Shown: piece by piece, positions 10,966-21,465 of the stretch
Layout of the letters: each line of letters begins with the position of its first letter
Numbering within the stretch: the first letter of the stretch is position 1
Source: a bacterium
Lineage (GTDB): Bacteria > Electryoneota > Electryoneia > Electryoneales > Electryoneaceae
Assembly (NCBI GenBank): GCA_963669175.1
Contig: OY769902.1
Location: 576,001 to 640,000 of the forward strand
Direction of reading: 5' to 3'
DNA length: 64,000 nucleotides
Translations under genes and position numbers: made by a program
The notes under the pieces: generated by a model
Databases searched by the model: none
What the model saw: only the letters and a program-made list of their open reading frames with translations
What the model was told of the DNA's origin: nothing

Positions 10966-13158
10966 CTATTTAATCAGCACAGCCCGTTGAACCGCGCTGC
11001 TCCCGTTTGCCATGCTCGCTTTCAAGTAGTAGATCCCACTCGGTAAGCCTTCAGCGTTTACCTGTAGTGTATGTCTTCCGGATGCAAGCCAGCCTTTATA
11101 CAGTTCCATCACCTGCTGGCCAAGACAATTATACAACGCAATGTGCGCCTGTCCTGCTTCCGGTACCTCTACCGTGGAAAGCGCTACTGGATTGAACGGA
11201 TTGGGATACAAAGGATGCAGCGTAAACTGCTGCGGTGTCAACGTGTTCGTTATTTCTTCCACGTCAACTTCACTCATGGCGTCCGAGATGTCCAGTACAA
11301 GAATATCTTCTTCACGAATCACATACAGGCTGTTTTCCTTCATTCCTGTTGTAACAATCCCGCACCTGGCGCGGAATTGACCGACACTTGAAATCCAGCT
11401 TGGGTTGGTACAGTTGTAGATCATGATAGTGTTGTTGCGTGTAGTCAAAATGCAGCGTCCAGCTTTAAACAGAACTGATGTTGCAGTGTTTGAAAGCGCC
11501 TTGTGGGCCAGTTCTCTGGGCATATTCGAGTTGGAGATATCCACAATGCCTAACTCGGCCGGATAGGCTGTCTGATCAGCATAGTACACCAGTGTTTCTC
11601 TGTACAGGCTGATCCTGTCCATGCGCATCTGCGCCATCGTTGATCGCAGTTCGGGCGCAAGGTCTTCAGAAACATCGTAGATTCGCAGTTCATTATCCGC
11701 TCTTGCCTGTCCACGCTGGGCGACATATAACCTTGCCCCACATAAAAGCGCATCGGCAAACTCGCAACCAGGATCAGGGGAAATGGACTGGAGAATTGCA
11801 GGAGTGTCCTGAGCATTCGTTTCAAAAACAGTCACTTGATCCGATGTACAGACACACAGCGCAGAGCCATCAAAATGGAATGATCTGTGTTGACCGGGTA
11901 AGGTGAATTCATAAACCATACTGGGGTGGTTATCATTTATCACGTCAATCAGACCATAGGACTGGAAGCCAGATTCAATATTCCCTGTTACACAAGCGTA
12001 ATTGTTCCCCACTGTCACGTCGTTTCCAGCCCCCGGATCAACACACATGGCAAGCGGTTCAAACGTATCCGGACTTGAAGCATCAACGGTATAAAACATG
12101 CCTGGTTGACCTTTTACATAGGCGACATCCTCTTCAAAGCACAAGCCATTGATCTGCAATCCTCGTGTGACATTCGAGGCAATTTCCGGAGTGGAAGGAT
12201 TGGAGTAGTTCCAGCATTGCAACATCCCGTCCGAGCCAATATAAATGTACGGGTCAATGATTTTGATGGAAAATACGGGCGCGGTAATGGTTGTGGTAAT
12301 CACTTCCGGATTCTCCGCATCCTCCATGTCCAGCAGGTATATCTCGTCTTCATTGACAGCGTATACTTTGCCGCCATGAGCAATAACATCGCTTGCTCCG
12401 CTATTGGGCGGGAACGGATCATACCGGCATAATTCAACAGGCACATCCGGATTGGATATATCCAGCAACTTTATCCCGATAAACCGATGCAGCAGATACA
12501 ACCTGTTCTCGAAATGAGCCAGGTCTACCGCAATCCCCTCAATAACAAACGGCTCAGGTGATTCCGGGAATGGCAGCCCATCCAGATTCATAATGGCTAA
12601 TCCGGCTTCGCCATCGGCGATAAAAGCATAATCACCTACAATCTCAATCGCACGAGGGGTGCCAAAGGTATCTATGGTGTTCACAAGAGTCGGATGGAAT
12701 GCATCCGGAATATAAAACACAGCGAGACAGTTGTTGCCCGCTGTTATAAGAAACTGGTTCACTCGAACAAGATCAAAAGAGATATCTATGGGACAATGCA
12801 AAACAGAACAAGTAGTTGGGTGGGCATGATCTGCAATGTTGATAATGTAGAGATCGCGATCAGCCGATGTCGCATACAATACGGTATCACGGATCAGGAT
12901 ATTCGTAAGAATGGTGTTTGCAATCGTCAACCCGCCGATCCTGGTTGGGTTTGCAGGATCGGAGAAATCATAAACTGACAAGGTCTCTGTCCCATTGGTC
13001 GCAGCAAAAACATGCGGTCCTGATGTTTCCAGAGCGTGTATTTCGCCCCAGAATTCCATCGGAATAACGGCTTGGGTGGAGACGTTCAGACTGTCCTGAC
13101 CCAAGACGGGAAGGCAAATCGTGGCAAAAACAAACGCAATCAGTACAAGATGTTTCAT
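10966..13158 (-). CDS. Secreted LVIVD-repeat beta-propeller protein with C-terminal sorting domain
   Basis: Signal peptide; repeated 'YAFIADG..GL.I.DIS.P..P' units; 'YPNPFNP...SGIYYL...AVLIK'. Confidence 0.8.
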   Translation of the reverse strand: MKHLVLIAFVFATICLPVLGQDSLNVSTQAVIPMEFWGEIHALETSGPHVFAATNGTETLSVYDFSDPANPTRIGGLTIANTILTNILIRDTVLYATSADRDLYIINIADHAHPTTCSVLHCPIDISFDLVRVNQFLITAGNNCLAVFYIPDAFHPTLVNTIDTFGTPRAIEIVGDYAFIADGEAGLAIMNLDGLPFPESPEPFVIEGIAVDLAHFENRLYLLHRFIGIKLLDISNPDVPVELCRYDPFPPNSGASDVIAHGGKVYAVNEDEIYLLDMEDAENPEVITTTITAPVFSIKIIDPYIYIGSDGMLQCWNYSNPSTPEIASNVTRGLQINGLCFEEDVAYVKGQPGMFYTVDASSPDTFEPLAMCVDPGAGNDVTVGNNYACVTGNIESGFQSYGLIDVINDNHPSMVYEFTLPGQHRSFHFDGSALCVCTSDQVTVFETNAQDTPAILQSISPDPGCEFADALLCGARLYVAQRGQARADNELRIYDVSEDLAPELRSTMAQMRMDRISLYRETLVYYADQTAYPAELGIVDISNSNMPRELAHKALSNTATSVLFKAGRCILTTRNNTIMIYNCTNPSWISSVGQFRARCGIVTTGMKENSLYVIREEDILVLDISDAMSEVDVEEITNTLTPQQFTLHPLYPNPFNPVALSTVEVPEAGQAHIALYNCLGQQVMELYKGWLASGRHTLQVNAEGLPSGIYYLKASMANGSSAVQRAVLIK

Positions 13159-13368
13159 GATACGCTCCCCCTGGCAGTTCGGGTTTGAAAGTTGATGGGG
13201 TGCGGGGTAACTATGCTCTTGAAAAAAATACCATCATCAACCCTGTTTGCCAAGCAAGGTTCAACAGAAATAATAAAAAGTTGACCTATCTCCAGAGCTG
13301 ATCAGAGAAAGAAAGATCAGCTTCTTTCTTTGCTTCAATCCCCCTTCGTCAAGCTGTGATCAGACATG

Positions 13369-15387
13369 CTATTTCTGGTATAGAACCTTTAATAGGCGAG
13401 TTTGCTCAGCTTCAAGCCTGATGAAATAGACGCCGCTCGCCAGTTCCGTGCCGGGTCTCCAGGATAGCTGCCGTGTACCTTGCGCCACCCCCCTGAACAG
13501 GGACGTCACCTTGCGGCCATGCAGGTCATATACATTTACTGTGACCGGTTGCGCATCCGGCAACGCGAAAGATATCCGCAGCTCCGAGTTGAACGGATTC
13601 GGCCAGCCAGATACCAGGAAAAAATCTGAGGGTACAAATTGATCCTGGTCTTCCGATACATCGGTTACATCAAACCAGCTTGTAATATTCGCCAGTAATT
13701 CACGCATCTGCGGAGAAGGTTCAGCATTACCGGCCGGGGTTGCTTCCAGCGCATCAAACGACAGATACACCGTCTTGCAGCCAAACTCGTTGGAGATATG
13801 CCGTATCCCGGTACAATTGTTTGCAGATGTATAAAAGATCGGGACTGCCCCATTACGTGCGTACAGATAATCGGACCATTCACTCCTGTCATCATCAGCC
13901 AATATGTATTCCTGGATATAAAAAGTACCTGACACAGGATCATCCAGAACCCCGGTCATTACAGTACCGACACCGAGCGGATCGTTCCGTCCCTGGCTGA
14001 TTCCAAAGAAGTCGTAAGCGTAATCACCGACTTCAAACTCCGGTTCTTCACCTTCATTGTTACAATAGAAATAATCCACATCCACATATAACAGGTTGCC
14101 ACCTTTTACCAGGTAATCGACATAAGCATCATCTACCGAGTATTCCCTGGTAACCATCGCGTCATAACCCTGCCCAAAAACAAACACCGCCTCCCAATGA
14201 TTATCGGAAAGCAGAAAACGATCCAGACCATGATGAAATTCCGTACTCCATCGCACCGTGGAGAACCCGGCATCGGAAAGACTGGTCATCACAGGGTTAA
14301 CAACATCCTGCTGAGGAAATGCATCAATGACAAGAATGGAAGCAGCATCCAGTTCGACAACACTGAATTCATACTTTCCGGAAAATCCCCGGTAGACATC
14401 GTAGTAATATTCAACCCAATAGGTAATATTGTCCCCTGCTTCCGCAGGAAACGCATCGAGGTGAATGTAGCCGGTCCAGTTGAAGCTGTCTCCCACCTGG
14501 AACATTTGAATATGTAACGTGTCCGAGTCTTCACAATAACAATGTAATGATACTCCTTCTGGAGGATTCATCGGGAAAAACTGGGCTTTGACTTCGCAAA
14601 ACTTGTGAGGATTCGTAGTATTGGGTAGTTGTGTGACCTGGTATAACTGCGGGGGATTATACCCGGCATAAACTACGCTGGCTTGCAGCATGTATTCAAC
14701 AAGAGTGCCACCATCAAAATTGCTGGAATAGGCGCCCCAGGGCTCTTCGTAATCCTCCAGCCAGGGCCCGCTGAACCAGGAACGGGTTTCGCCGCGATCC
14801 GTAACATTGGATGCCAGAAGATAAGGATACCCTTCCTCTTCCAATTTTACAAACCCGACAACAAAACAGGGGGATTCTTCCAACGTACAAAAGATGGCCT
14901 CGCCGGGAGCAAATTCAACAAGAGTTTCCCAATACTGTGTACCATCCACCGATACTATTTCCGGACCATACAGACATTGCCCCAACGGTGAGATGTCTGT
15001 CGTTCCACGCTCCGGAGCAACCCCGGAAGGAAACAACGACTGACAAGCCGGATTGTATTCCCAGATATAAACTTCTATCTCTCCGTCAGTATAAAACTGC
15101 CCCCGAACAACATAGATACTACACGCCGTAAGCGGCTCTATTACAATACCAAACGTGTCACCAAGGGCGCCTGCACCAAGGTAATACTCCGCGCTGGTAA
15201 GGTAGGTGGGTATTGTAAATAACTCATCAAGTTCATCCAGATTCCCGGATAATACTGGACCACGTAACGCCTGTTGTTCCGGTGACAATAAGGTCAGTTC
15301 ATTTTCACCACAGTACGCCCTCCCGGAAAAAAACACAGAAAAGAGCATAATCAGGCATAGCAGTAAAATCAGATGGCTCCGGCACAT
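13369..15387 (-). CDS. Secreted protein with C-terminal sorting domain
   Basis: Signal peptide; 'WPNPFNS...ASGVYFIRL' tail. Confidence 0.75.
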   Translation of the reverse strand: MCRSHLILLLCLIMLFSVFFSGRAYCGENELTLLSPEQQALRGPVLSGNLDELDELFTIPTYLTSAEYYLGAGALGDTFGIVIEPLTACSIYVVRGQFYTDGEIEVYIWEYNPACQSLFPSGVAPERGTTDISPLGQCLYGPEIVSVDGTQYWETLVEFAPGEAIFCTLEESPCFVVGFVKLEEEGYPYLLASNVTDRGETRSWFSGPWLEDYEEPWGAYSSNFDGGTLVEYMLQASVVYAGYNPPQLYQVTQLPNTTNPHKFCEVKAQFFPMNPPEGVSLHCYCEDSDTLHIQMFQVGDSFNWTGYIHLDAFPAEAGDNITYWVEYYYDVYRGFSGKYEFSVVELDAASILVIDAFPQQDVVNPVMTSLSDAGFSTVRWSTEFHHGLDRFLLSDNHWEAVFVFGQGYDAMVTREYSVDDAYVDYLVKGGNLLYVDVDYFYCNNEGEEPEFEVGDYAYDFFGISQGRNDPLGVGTVMTGVLDDPVSGTFYIQEYILADDDRSEWSDYLYARNGAVPIFYTSANNCTGIRHISNEFGCKTVYLSFDALEATPAGNAEPSPQMRELLANITSWFDVTDVSEDQDQFVPSDFFLVSGWPNPFNSELRISFALPDAQPVTVNVYDLHGRKVTSLFRGVAQGTRQLSWRPGTELASGVYFIRLEAEQTRLLKVLYQK

Positions 15388-15694
15388 ACAACCCCCTGGT
15401 GGATCGAATCACATGAACCGATGGGTACTGAGCGCTACATCATCTTTTCAGGACAAGGCGTATTCCTGAAAACATAGCGGGGTATTTCTAGCGAATACCC
15501 AGCTTGACTTGAACCCCCACCAAACAGATAACAATTCTAAACTAGAGAAATGACAGCAGGATAGCAATTCTTACAGGTCGAAAAAATATTTTTCAACCAC
15601 CGTTTCACGACGTGTATCACTTATTTTTCACGGACAACCTTCCTGTCTCACAATCCCTTAAAAACTATCTCACTATTGTTTACATTGTATTCAA

Positions 15695-16174
15695 GTGGAT
15701 TATCTCACGAAAGGCTTGGACATGACCCCATTCTTACAGCGTGTTTTTCAACCGGCAGACGGCAGTGATGAGTCAACCATCCATCGCCTGGGCCTTGGTT
15801 ATAGCATTCTGCTTCTTGAATCAGCAGATGCGGATGGAGAATTCGACCAGCCTTTGAAGAAAAACCTCTTGCAGACCATGATCAAACGGTACGGTCTTAA
15901 CACCAAAGAATCGTCAGAATTGAACGCACTTTTCCTCGCCAAAAATCATTCTCCCCTGAACGTCTGGGTGCTTTCACAGGACATCCGTCAGGGGATTGAT
16001 CACATGGTAAAATGGAAAATTCTGGATGAAGTCTGGCACGTTTTCAAGCGTGCTCACACCCCGGATTCTCTCGAAGATTACATCACCCAGAAGCTCGGAT
16101 TGTTGCTCGGCGTAAGCATGTCAGAAGCCGCCGAATCTCGTGTCCGAGTGGAAACCGGACTGGACGCTCTCTGA
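15695..16174 (+). CDS. TerB-like protein
   Basis: 'LLLESADADGEF', '..LEDY...KLGLLLGVS' pattern of the TerB family. Confidence 0.55.
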   Translation: MDYLTKGLDMTPFLQRVFQPADGSDESTIHRLGLGYSILLLESADADGEFDQPLKKNLLQTMIKRYGLNTKESSELNALFLAKNHSPLNVWVLSQDIRQGIDHMVKWKILDEVWHVFKRAHTPDSLEDYITQKLGLLLGVSMSEAAESRVRVETGLDAL

Positions 16175-16287
16175 CCTGAAAGTTTACACTCTGTCAACCT
16201 GCTCACCCAACAACTCACAACACTTTCTCATTTACATAGCATGCTTTAAATTATACAATACAAATATTTATCCTCATTTCCCCAAAC

Positions 16288-16304
16288 TGGCCCGCCTCTT
16301 GTAA
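16288..16304 (+). promoter_or_regulatory. Putative sigma-54 (-24/-12) promoter
   Basis: TGGCCCG-CCTC-TTGTA upstream of the VWA gene; -12 is GT rather than GC. Confidence 0.4.
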
Positions 16305-16349
16305 TAGGTGTTCACAACAGGAAACACCTTATCGCAACAGGAGGCAAAC

Positions 16350-18299
16350 ATGCATCAACACTCCCTTTCATCGAGGTCTACACGACCCAACAAAACGGCC
16401 TTCTCGGGATACGTAAACCGTACCTGGATCGTCACCATTCTGGCAATCAGTTTCATCCTGCTGGCCAGCCTTTCCATACACATGCTTTTACACTCGAACT
16501 TCCACAAGCCCACCACCTCAAATGCGGACAAACTGCCTGTCCGCAGCAGAGATGTTCTACCGGCTTCTGACCCTCTTCATACATCACCCGGAGAGAGATT
16601 GTCCGTCTCGACTCCACCATCATCTGTTGCCGGGTCCGACACCGATGCCATTGCAGAATCACCTGCTCCACTCACGTCAGTTGTGATCAACTCTGCAGAA
16701 CCTTTAAGAGAGCAAAGACAACAACTGCTTGTTGAGGCCGCCAGCAGGGCTCAACAGACAGTGTTTGCCGCAAAAGCAAGGGGATACGGCGCTGGAGGTT
16801 ATGATGATTCTCAAGGCATGACCCCTTCTCGTTCAAGGTATACACTAGACAACACGGGATATTCCCCTCCTGTGAACTGGAATACGGAAGAGTATGAATA
16901 CACGGAGGAAAACGCTGTTAAGGCCGTATCTCTGCACCCTACCTCCACTTTCTCCATTGATGCGGATGCGGCATCCTATGCGAATGTCCGTCGGTTTATC
17001 ACAAATGGGAGTCTTCCACCGGCAAGTGCTGTGCGGCTTGAAGAGATGATCAATTATTTTAACTATAATTATCCGCAACCTGAAGGAAATCTTCCCTTTG
17101 AAGTTGTCACAGAACTGTCTGCCTGCCCCTGGAATGACCAGCGTTTGTTGCTGCATGTGGGATTACAGGGCAAGCATGTTGATGTACAGACCGCCCCGGC
17201 AAGCAATCTTGTTTTCTTGATTGATGTTTCCGGGTCCATGAGTTCACCAGACAAACTGGAACTGGTGAAAACCGGGTTCACGATGCTGGTGAATCAATTG
17301 CGCCCAAAGGATCGTGTCGCTATCGTCGTATACGCCGGGAGTAGCGGCCTGGTACTGGAATCGACACCTGGCAAGCACAAGGAAACGATTCTTGAATCCA
17401 TCGGCAGGTTGCAGTCAGGCGGCTCTACGGCTGGTGGGGAAGGTATTCAACTGGCGTACAAGGTTGCCGAAGAGAACTTTATTCGTAGTGGAAACAACCG
17501 CGTCATCCTTGCGACTGACGGTGACTTTAATGTGGGCGTATCCAATACGGGCGATCTGACCCGGATGATCGAAGAGAAGCGTGAGGGTGGCGTTTTCCTG
17601 AGCGTACTTGGTGTGGGGCGTGGGAACCTGAATGACCACTTGATGGAATCGCTCGCAGATCACGGGAACGGCAACTACAACTATCTTGACAATGCTATGG
17701 AGGCCGAACGTGTGCTGGTTGGGCAGATGGCCGGTACCCTGTACACCATTGCCAAGGATGTGAAAATCCAGGTCGAATTCAACCCGGCCAAGGTGAAAGG
17801 TTATCGTCTGGTCGGCTATGAAAACCGGATGCTCGCACACGAGGATTTCACCGACGATAAAAAGGATGCGGGCGAACTGGGAAGCGGACACACCGTAACG
17901 GCCTTGTATGAAATTATACCCGTAGATTCACCGGAAATGGTGCCAACCGGTGAGAATTATCGTTACCAGACCACTTCACCCATCTCTCATACGCAACCGG
18001 ATTTCTCGGAGGAATGGCTTACGGTGAAGCTTCGTTACAAGCAGCCCGACGGTGATGTCAGCGCCTTGATCGAGCATCCGTTATCCGGTACACCGAAGCA
18101 GTTGACAGCGACATCCGATGCCTTCCGTTTCAGTGCGGCCGTGGCAGAGTTCGGGATGCTCCTGAAAGAAAGCGATCAGAAGCAAGATGCGTCTTTTGAA
18201 CAGGCGCTTTCCCTGGCGCGTGGCGCACGTGGCGCTGACGAGGACGGGTTCCGTGCCGAATTCATCCGCTTGGTGGAAACGGCGGCAGCGCTGAAGTGA
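16350..18299 (+). CDS. YfbK-like von Willebrand factor A domain protein (DUF3520)
   Basis: 'STFSIDADAASYANVRR', MIDAS 'DVSGSM', 'LATDGDFNVG', 'DAGELGSGH'. Start moved to the ATG after a GGAGG RBS. Confidence 0.9.
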   Translation: MHQHSLSSRSTRPNKTAFSGYVNRTWIVTILAISFILLASLSIHMLLHSNFHKPTTSNADKLPVRSRDVLPASDPLHTSPGERLSVSTPPSSVAGSDTDAIAESPAPLTSVVINSAEPLREQRQQLLVEAASRAQQTVFAAKARGYGAGGYDDSQGMTPSRSRYTLDNTGYSPPVNWNTEEYEYTEENAVKAVSLHPTSTFSIDADAASYANVRRFITNGSLPPASAVRLEEMINYFNYNYPQPEGNLPFEVVTELSACPWNDQRLLLHVGLQGKHVDVQTAPASNLVFLIDVSGSMSSPDKLELVKTGFTMLVNQLRPKDRVAIVVYAGSSGLVLESTPGKHKETILESIGRLQSGGSTAGGEGIQLAYKVAEENFIRSGNNRVILATDGDFNVGVSNTGDLTRMIEEKREGGVFLSVLGVGRGNLNDHLMESLADHGNGNYNYLDNAMEAERVLVGQMAGTLYTIAKDVKIQVEFNPAKVKGYRLVGYENRMLAHEDFTDDKKDAGELGSGHTVTALYEIIPVDSPEMVPTGENYRYQTTSPISHTQPDFSEEWLTVKLRYKQPDGDVSALIEHPLSGTPKQLTATSDAFRFSAAVAEFGMLLKESDQKQDASFEQALSLARGARGADEDGFRAEFIRLVETAAALK

Positions 18300-18606
18300 T
18301 ATGATTCATACAGGCGAATCTCTTTATCCCCGGCAGGAAGTTTGTGGCCGGGGATTTTTGGTTGGTTTCAGGGAGCCGTTTTTCCTGATCTGATTGATGC
18401 TAATCTGCGAACGGTTTTCCTTGCAACAGAATTATTTTTACTTGGCATACATGTCACTCCTCTCGTAGCAGCATGCTGGATTAATCCTCGATTTCGTTGC
18501 GGCGTCTATTGAGCAGATATAGAACCTCTGTCTAACAAAATCTGGATATATGACCCGGCTGTTGGGAACAAAATCTTGTATCGTTCACCTTGACCAGGGA
18601 GTCCGC

Positions 18607-19848
18607 ATGAACACTCGACCACGTTTGCCACTATTGCTGGCAGCAGTACTCCTCCTGTTTTCAATTCAGGCGTATTCTCAGAACTCACGCCCCGGCACTA
18701 TATCAGGCTATGTATTCAGTAATGATTCTGAGACGCCCTTGTATGATGTACATGTTTCAATCCCGGAACTGGGACGAGAGATTTCAACAGATTCCACGGG
18801 TTTTTACACGTTGATTGCTGTCCAGTCCGGACGACATGACATCGTGTTTTATCGTTCGGGTTATGAAACCTGCACCCTTGAAGGCACCATGGTTATTCCC
18901 GGAAATGAAACCGATGCGGATTGCTATATGCGGCAGAAATCTGTTGCGGGAGAGAATCGCTTCCAATATCGGGAGGAAAAAGGTGTGTTCGAGGGACGTG
19001 TTGTTGATACTCGCGATCAACGCCCGGTTCCGGCTGTCCGGGTCATGATTGAGGAAACAAACCAATTTCAGGTGACAGACCGTGATGGTTATTTCCGATT
19101 CCATGATGTGGATTCCGGGATCTATACGGTAGTATTGCAGCATCGTGATTTTATGGAGAAGCGTTTTGACCGGGTGTATTTTGACGCAGATCGTGCCACC
19201 CCTGAAATCTTTGAGCTGGACACACGTCCGAATCAGCAACTCGCCGAACGTGACAACGAGGATCGTCAAGCTCCCCCTCCACCACAATCGTCCAGCCAAT
19301 ACGCTTTCAGGACAGCCCAGCCGGAATACTCGGCCCAGTCTGATTCTTACCAGCAGGACTACTCTGGTATGCCCATGGGTGATGGTGGTATGGGTAATGG
19401 TCCGGGTATGGGCGGCGGCCCCATCACTGGCGGCATGAATCAGGGTGGAGGCATGGGTGGCAGTCCGGGTATGGCTGGTGGTATGGGTGGCGGACCCGGT
19501 ATGGGCAGCGGTGGTGGCATGGGCGGCCCTCCCGGAAATAACAACCAGTATCGCAACGGAAATGCAGAAAAATCCTATCCCGGTTTGACCATCTATGGGC
19601 AGGTATACTACGCCGATGACACAAGCAAGCCGGTGAATCATTGCCGTGTCAGCCTGAGGAAATCCGGCCAAACTGTATTAACCGATCGTTATGGCAGATT
19701 TCAACTGGTGGCCCCACATCCGGGCGAATATGAGGTGATTGTATCTTGTACGGGTCGTGTGTCAGAGACCTATACGGTTCAACTTAGCTCACGAAGTGAC
19801 CGTAGAGAGCTGCAGATTTTTTTGAAAAGCCAACGCAGTAAATGGTAA
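18607..19848 (+). CDS. Secreted protein with three carboxypeptidase-regulatory-like beta-sandwich domains and a Gly/Met-rich linker
   Basis: Signal peptide; 'G.V......TD..G.F' repeats; MGGGPG low-complexity tract. Confidence 0.75.
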   Translation: MNTRPRLPLLLAAVLLLFSIQAYSQNSRPGTISGYVFSNDSETPLYDVHVSIPELGREISTDSTGFYTLIAVQSGRHDIVFYRSGYETCTLEGTMVIPGNETDADCYMRQKSVAGENRFQYREEKGVFEGRVVDTRDQRPVPAVRVMIEETNQFQVTDRDGYFRFHDVDSGIYTVVLQHRDFMEKRFDRVYFDADRATPEIFELDTRPNQQLAERDNEDRQAPPPPQSSSQYAFRTAQPEYSAQSDSYQQDYSGMPMGDGGMGNGPGMGGGPITGGMNQGGGMGGSPGMAGGMGGGPGMGSGGGMGGPPGNNNQYRNGNAEKSYPGLTIYGQVYYADDTSKPVNHCRVSLRKSGQTVLTDRYGRFQLVAPHPGEYEVIVSCTGRVSETYTVQLSSRSDRRELQIFLKSQRSKW

Positions 19849-19880
19849 TAGTAGGTGACCGATTCTTATGTAAGAAATAG

Positions 19881-19910
19881 ACGGGACTGATTACGTCAGT
19901 CCTGTTTTTA
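19881..19910 (+). terminator. Rho-independent terminator
   Basis: ACGGGACTGA-ttacg-TCAGTCCTGT followed by TTTT. Confidence 0.6.
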
Positions 19911-20021
19911 TGTACTCTGAAGAAATTAACATGAATAAGAGATATTCATTGTTATTACTCCCTGCTTCAAGTACTTTATAAAGCATGACAATTCTTTTTC
20001 AACCATGATCTGGAATAACCC

Positions 20022-21431
20022 ATGCTGACACGCCCTTCATTTTCGCTACGGATCATTTTACTTCTTCTTGTGCTGATTGTACCTCAGGCATACTCCCAGA
20101 ACTCACGCCCCGGCACTTTATCCGGTTATGTTTACAATGAATATTCCGGTGTCCCGTTGGAGAATGTTCGCGTGGTCATTCCGGAGTTGCAGCAGGAAAC
20201 CCTGACAGATGAGGGTGGCTATTACAGCCTCTCCGGCGTTGAACACGGTCGGTACAATGTCATCTTCTTCTACCCGGGATTCGTTACAAAGACCTTGACG
20301 GGGATGATGATTATCCCGGGCAATGAGTCCGAGGTAAACTGTTACCTGGATACACGGGATGCCTACCATGATGTCAGCGCCATGTCCGCTGAAGAATCCA
20401 AGTGGCAACAGGCAAAAAACAAGAGACGGCCTTCACGTCCAGCGCCGTCTTCGATCCTTGGACAGGTAGTAGCGGCTGACAATGGAGAACCGGTTTACCT
20501 GTGCAAGGTATACGTACCCGGTCAGAAAACTTATGCCCTGTCGAAACCGGGCGGGCGTTTCTGGATGGAAAAGCTATATCCCGGAAGTTACACTGTGATC
20601 GCGGAACACCCCGGCTTTGAAACTAGCAGGATCAGTGCTGTTGCTGTGGATGCAGACAAAGAGACAGAACTGACGATCCGTCTGCGACGGAAAACTCCGG
20701 TCGGATTTTTCAAGGGACAGGTGCTCGACGCCTCCACCGGACAGCCTGTTCCTGAAGTATATGTGGAGCTGGAAGAATACCATGAAGCCTGTATCACCGA
20801 TCTGAATGGGTATTTCTATTTCAACAACATTGCCTTCGGGGAATATGGTCTGGTATTTCGTCATCCTGACTTCACATACAAGCGCGTCGAAAATAGTAGA
20901 TTTGACCCGGCGCATGATGATATCGGTGGTTTTCTCCTGGAACCACGTCCCACTCAGTTTATCAGTAACCGTAACGGACGCAACAGCAGAACCTCTGTCC
21001 CGATAACCTTCCGTTCAGGTTCAAAGATGCCTTCCTTGTATGTGGATCATGGTGAGTTCACTAATGAGGGACGCCCCCCGATTCCTTTCGTAACATCGCC
21101 CCCCGGCGATGGAAATCGCAGCAATGGTTCCGGACATCGTAATAGAGGCCAAACGAATCCGGATTCCCAGTTTTCCATCACAGGCCTTGTGTTTGACGCC
21201 AACTTCACGGATAAGGTTGTACGGAATTGCAGGGTCCACCTGGTGGGAACAAAACGGACCGTGGCGACGGACCACTATGGCGCTTTTGCCATGCTTGTAC
21301 CGGAACCGGGCAAGTATGATCTGGAATTCACCTGCTTCGGTTATTATGCGGAAATTGTATCTGTAGACTTCACCAACCCGGACGCCTTTGTACGGCTGGA
21401 GATCTTCCTCAAACCAGTTATCAGCCAGTAG
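20022..21431 (+). CDS. Secreted protein with four carboxypeptidase-regulatory-like domains (paralogue of upstream gene)
   Basis: Shares 'QAYSQNSRPGT.SGYV' and 'VIPGNE' with 18607-19848. Confidence 0.75.
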   Translation: MLTRPSFSLRIILLLLVLIVPQAYSQNSRPGTLSGYVYNEYSGVPLENVRVVIPELQQETLTDEGGYYSLSGVEHGRYNVIFFYPGFVTKTLTGMMIIPGNESEVNCYLDTRDAYHDVSAMSAEESKWQQAKNKRRPSRPAPSSILGQVVAADNGEPVYLCKVYVPGQKTYALSKPGGRFWMEKLYPGSYTVIAEHPGFETSRISAVAVDADKETELTIRLRRKTPVGFFKGQVLDASTGQPVPEVYVELEEYHEACITDLNGYFYFNNIAFGEYGLVFRHPDFTYKRVENSRFDPAHDDIGGFLLEPRPTQFISNRNGRNSRTSVPITFRSGSKMPSLYVDHGEFTNEGRPPIPFVTSPPGDGNRSNGSGHRNRGQTNPDSQFSITGLVFDANFTDKVVRNCRVHLVGTKRTVATDHYGAFAMLVPEPGKYDLEFTCFGYYAEIVSVDFTNPDAFVRLEIFLKPVISQ

Positions 21432-21465
21432 ATTTCTCGTGGACCGAATCACATGACTCGATCCA

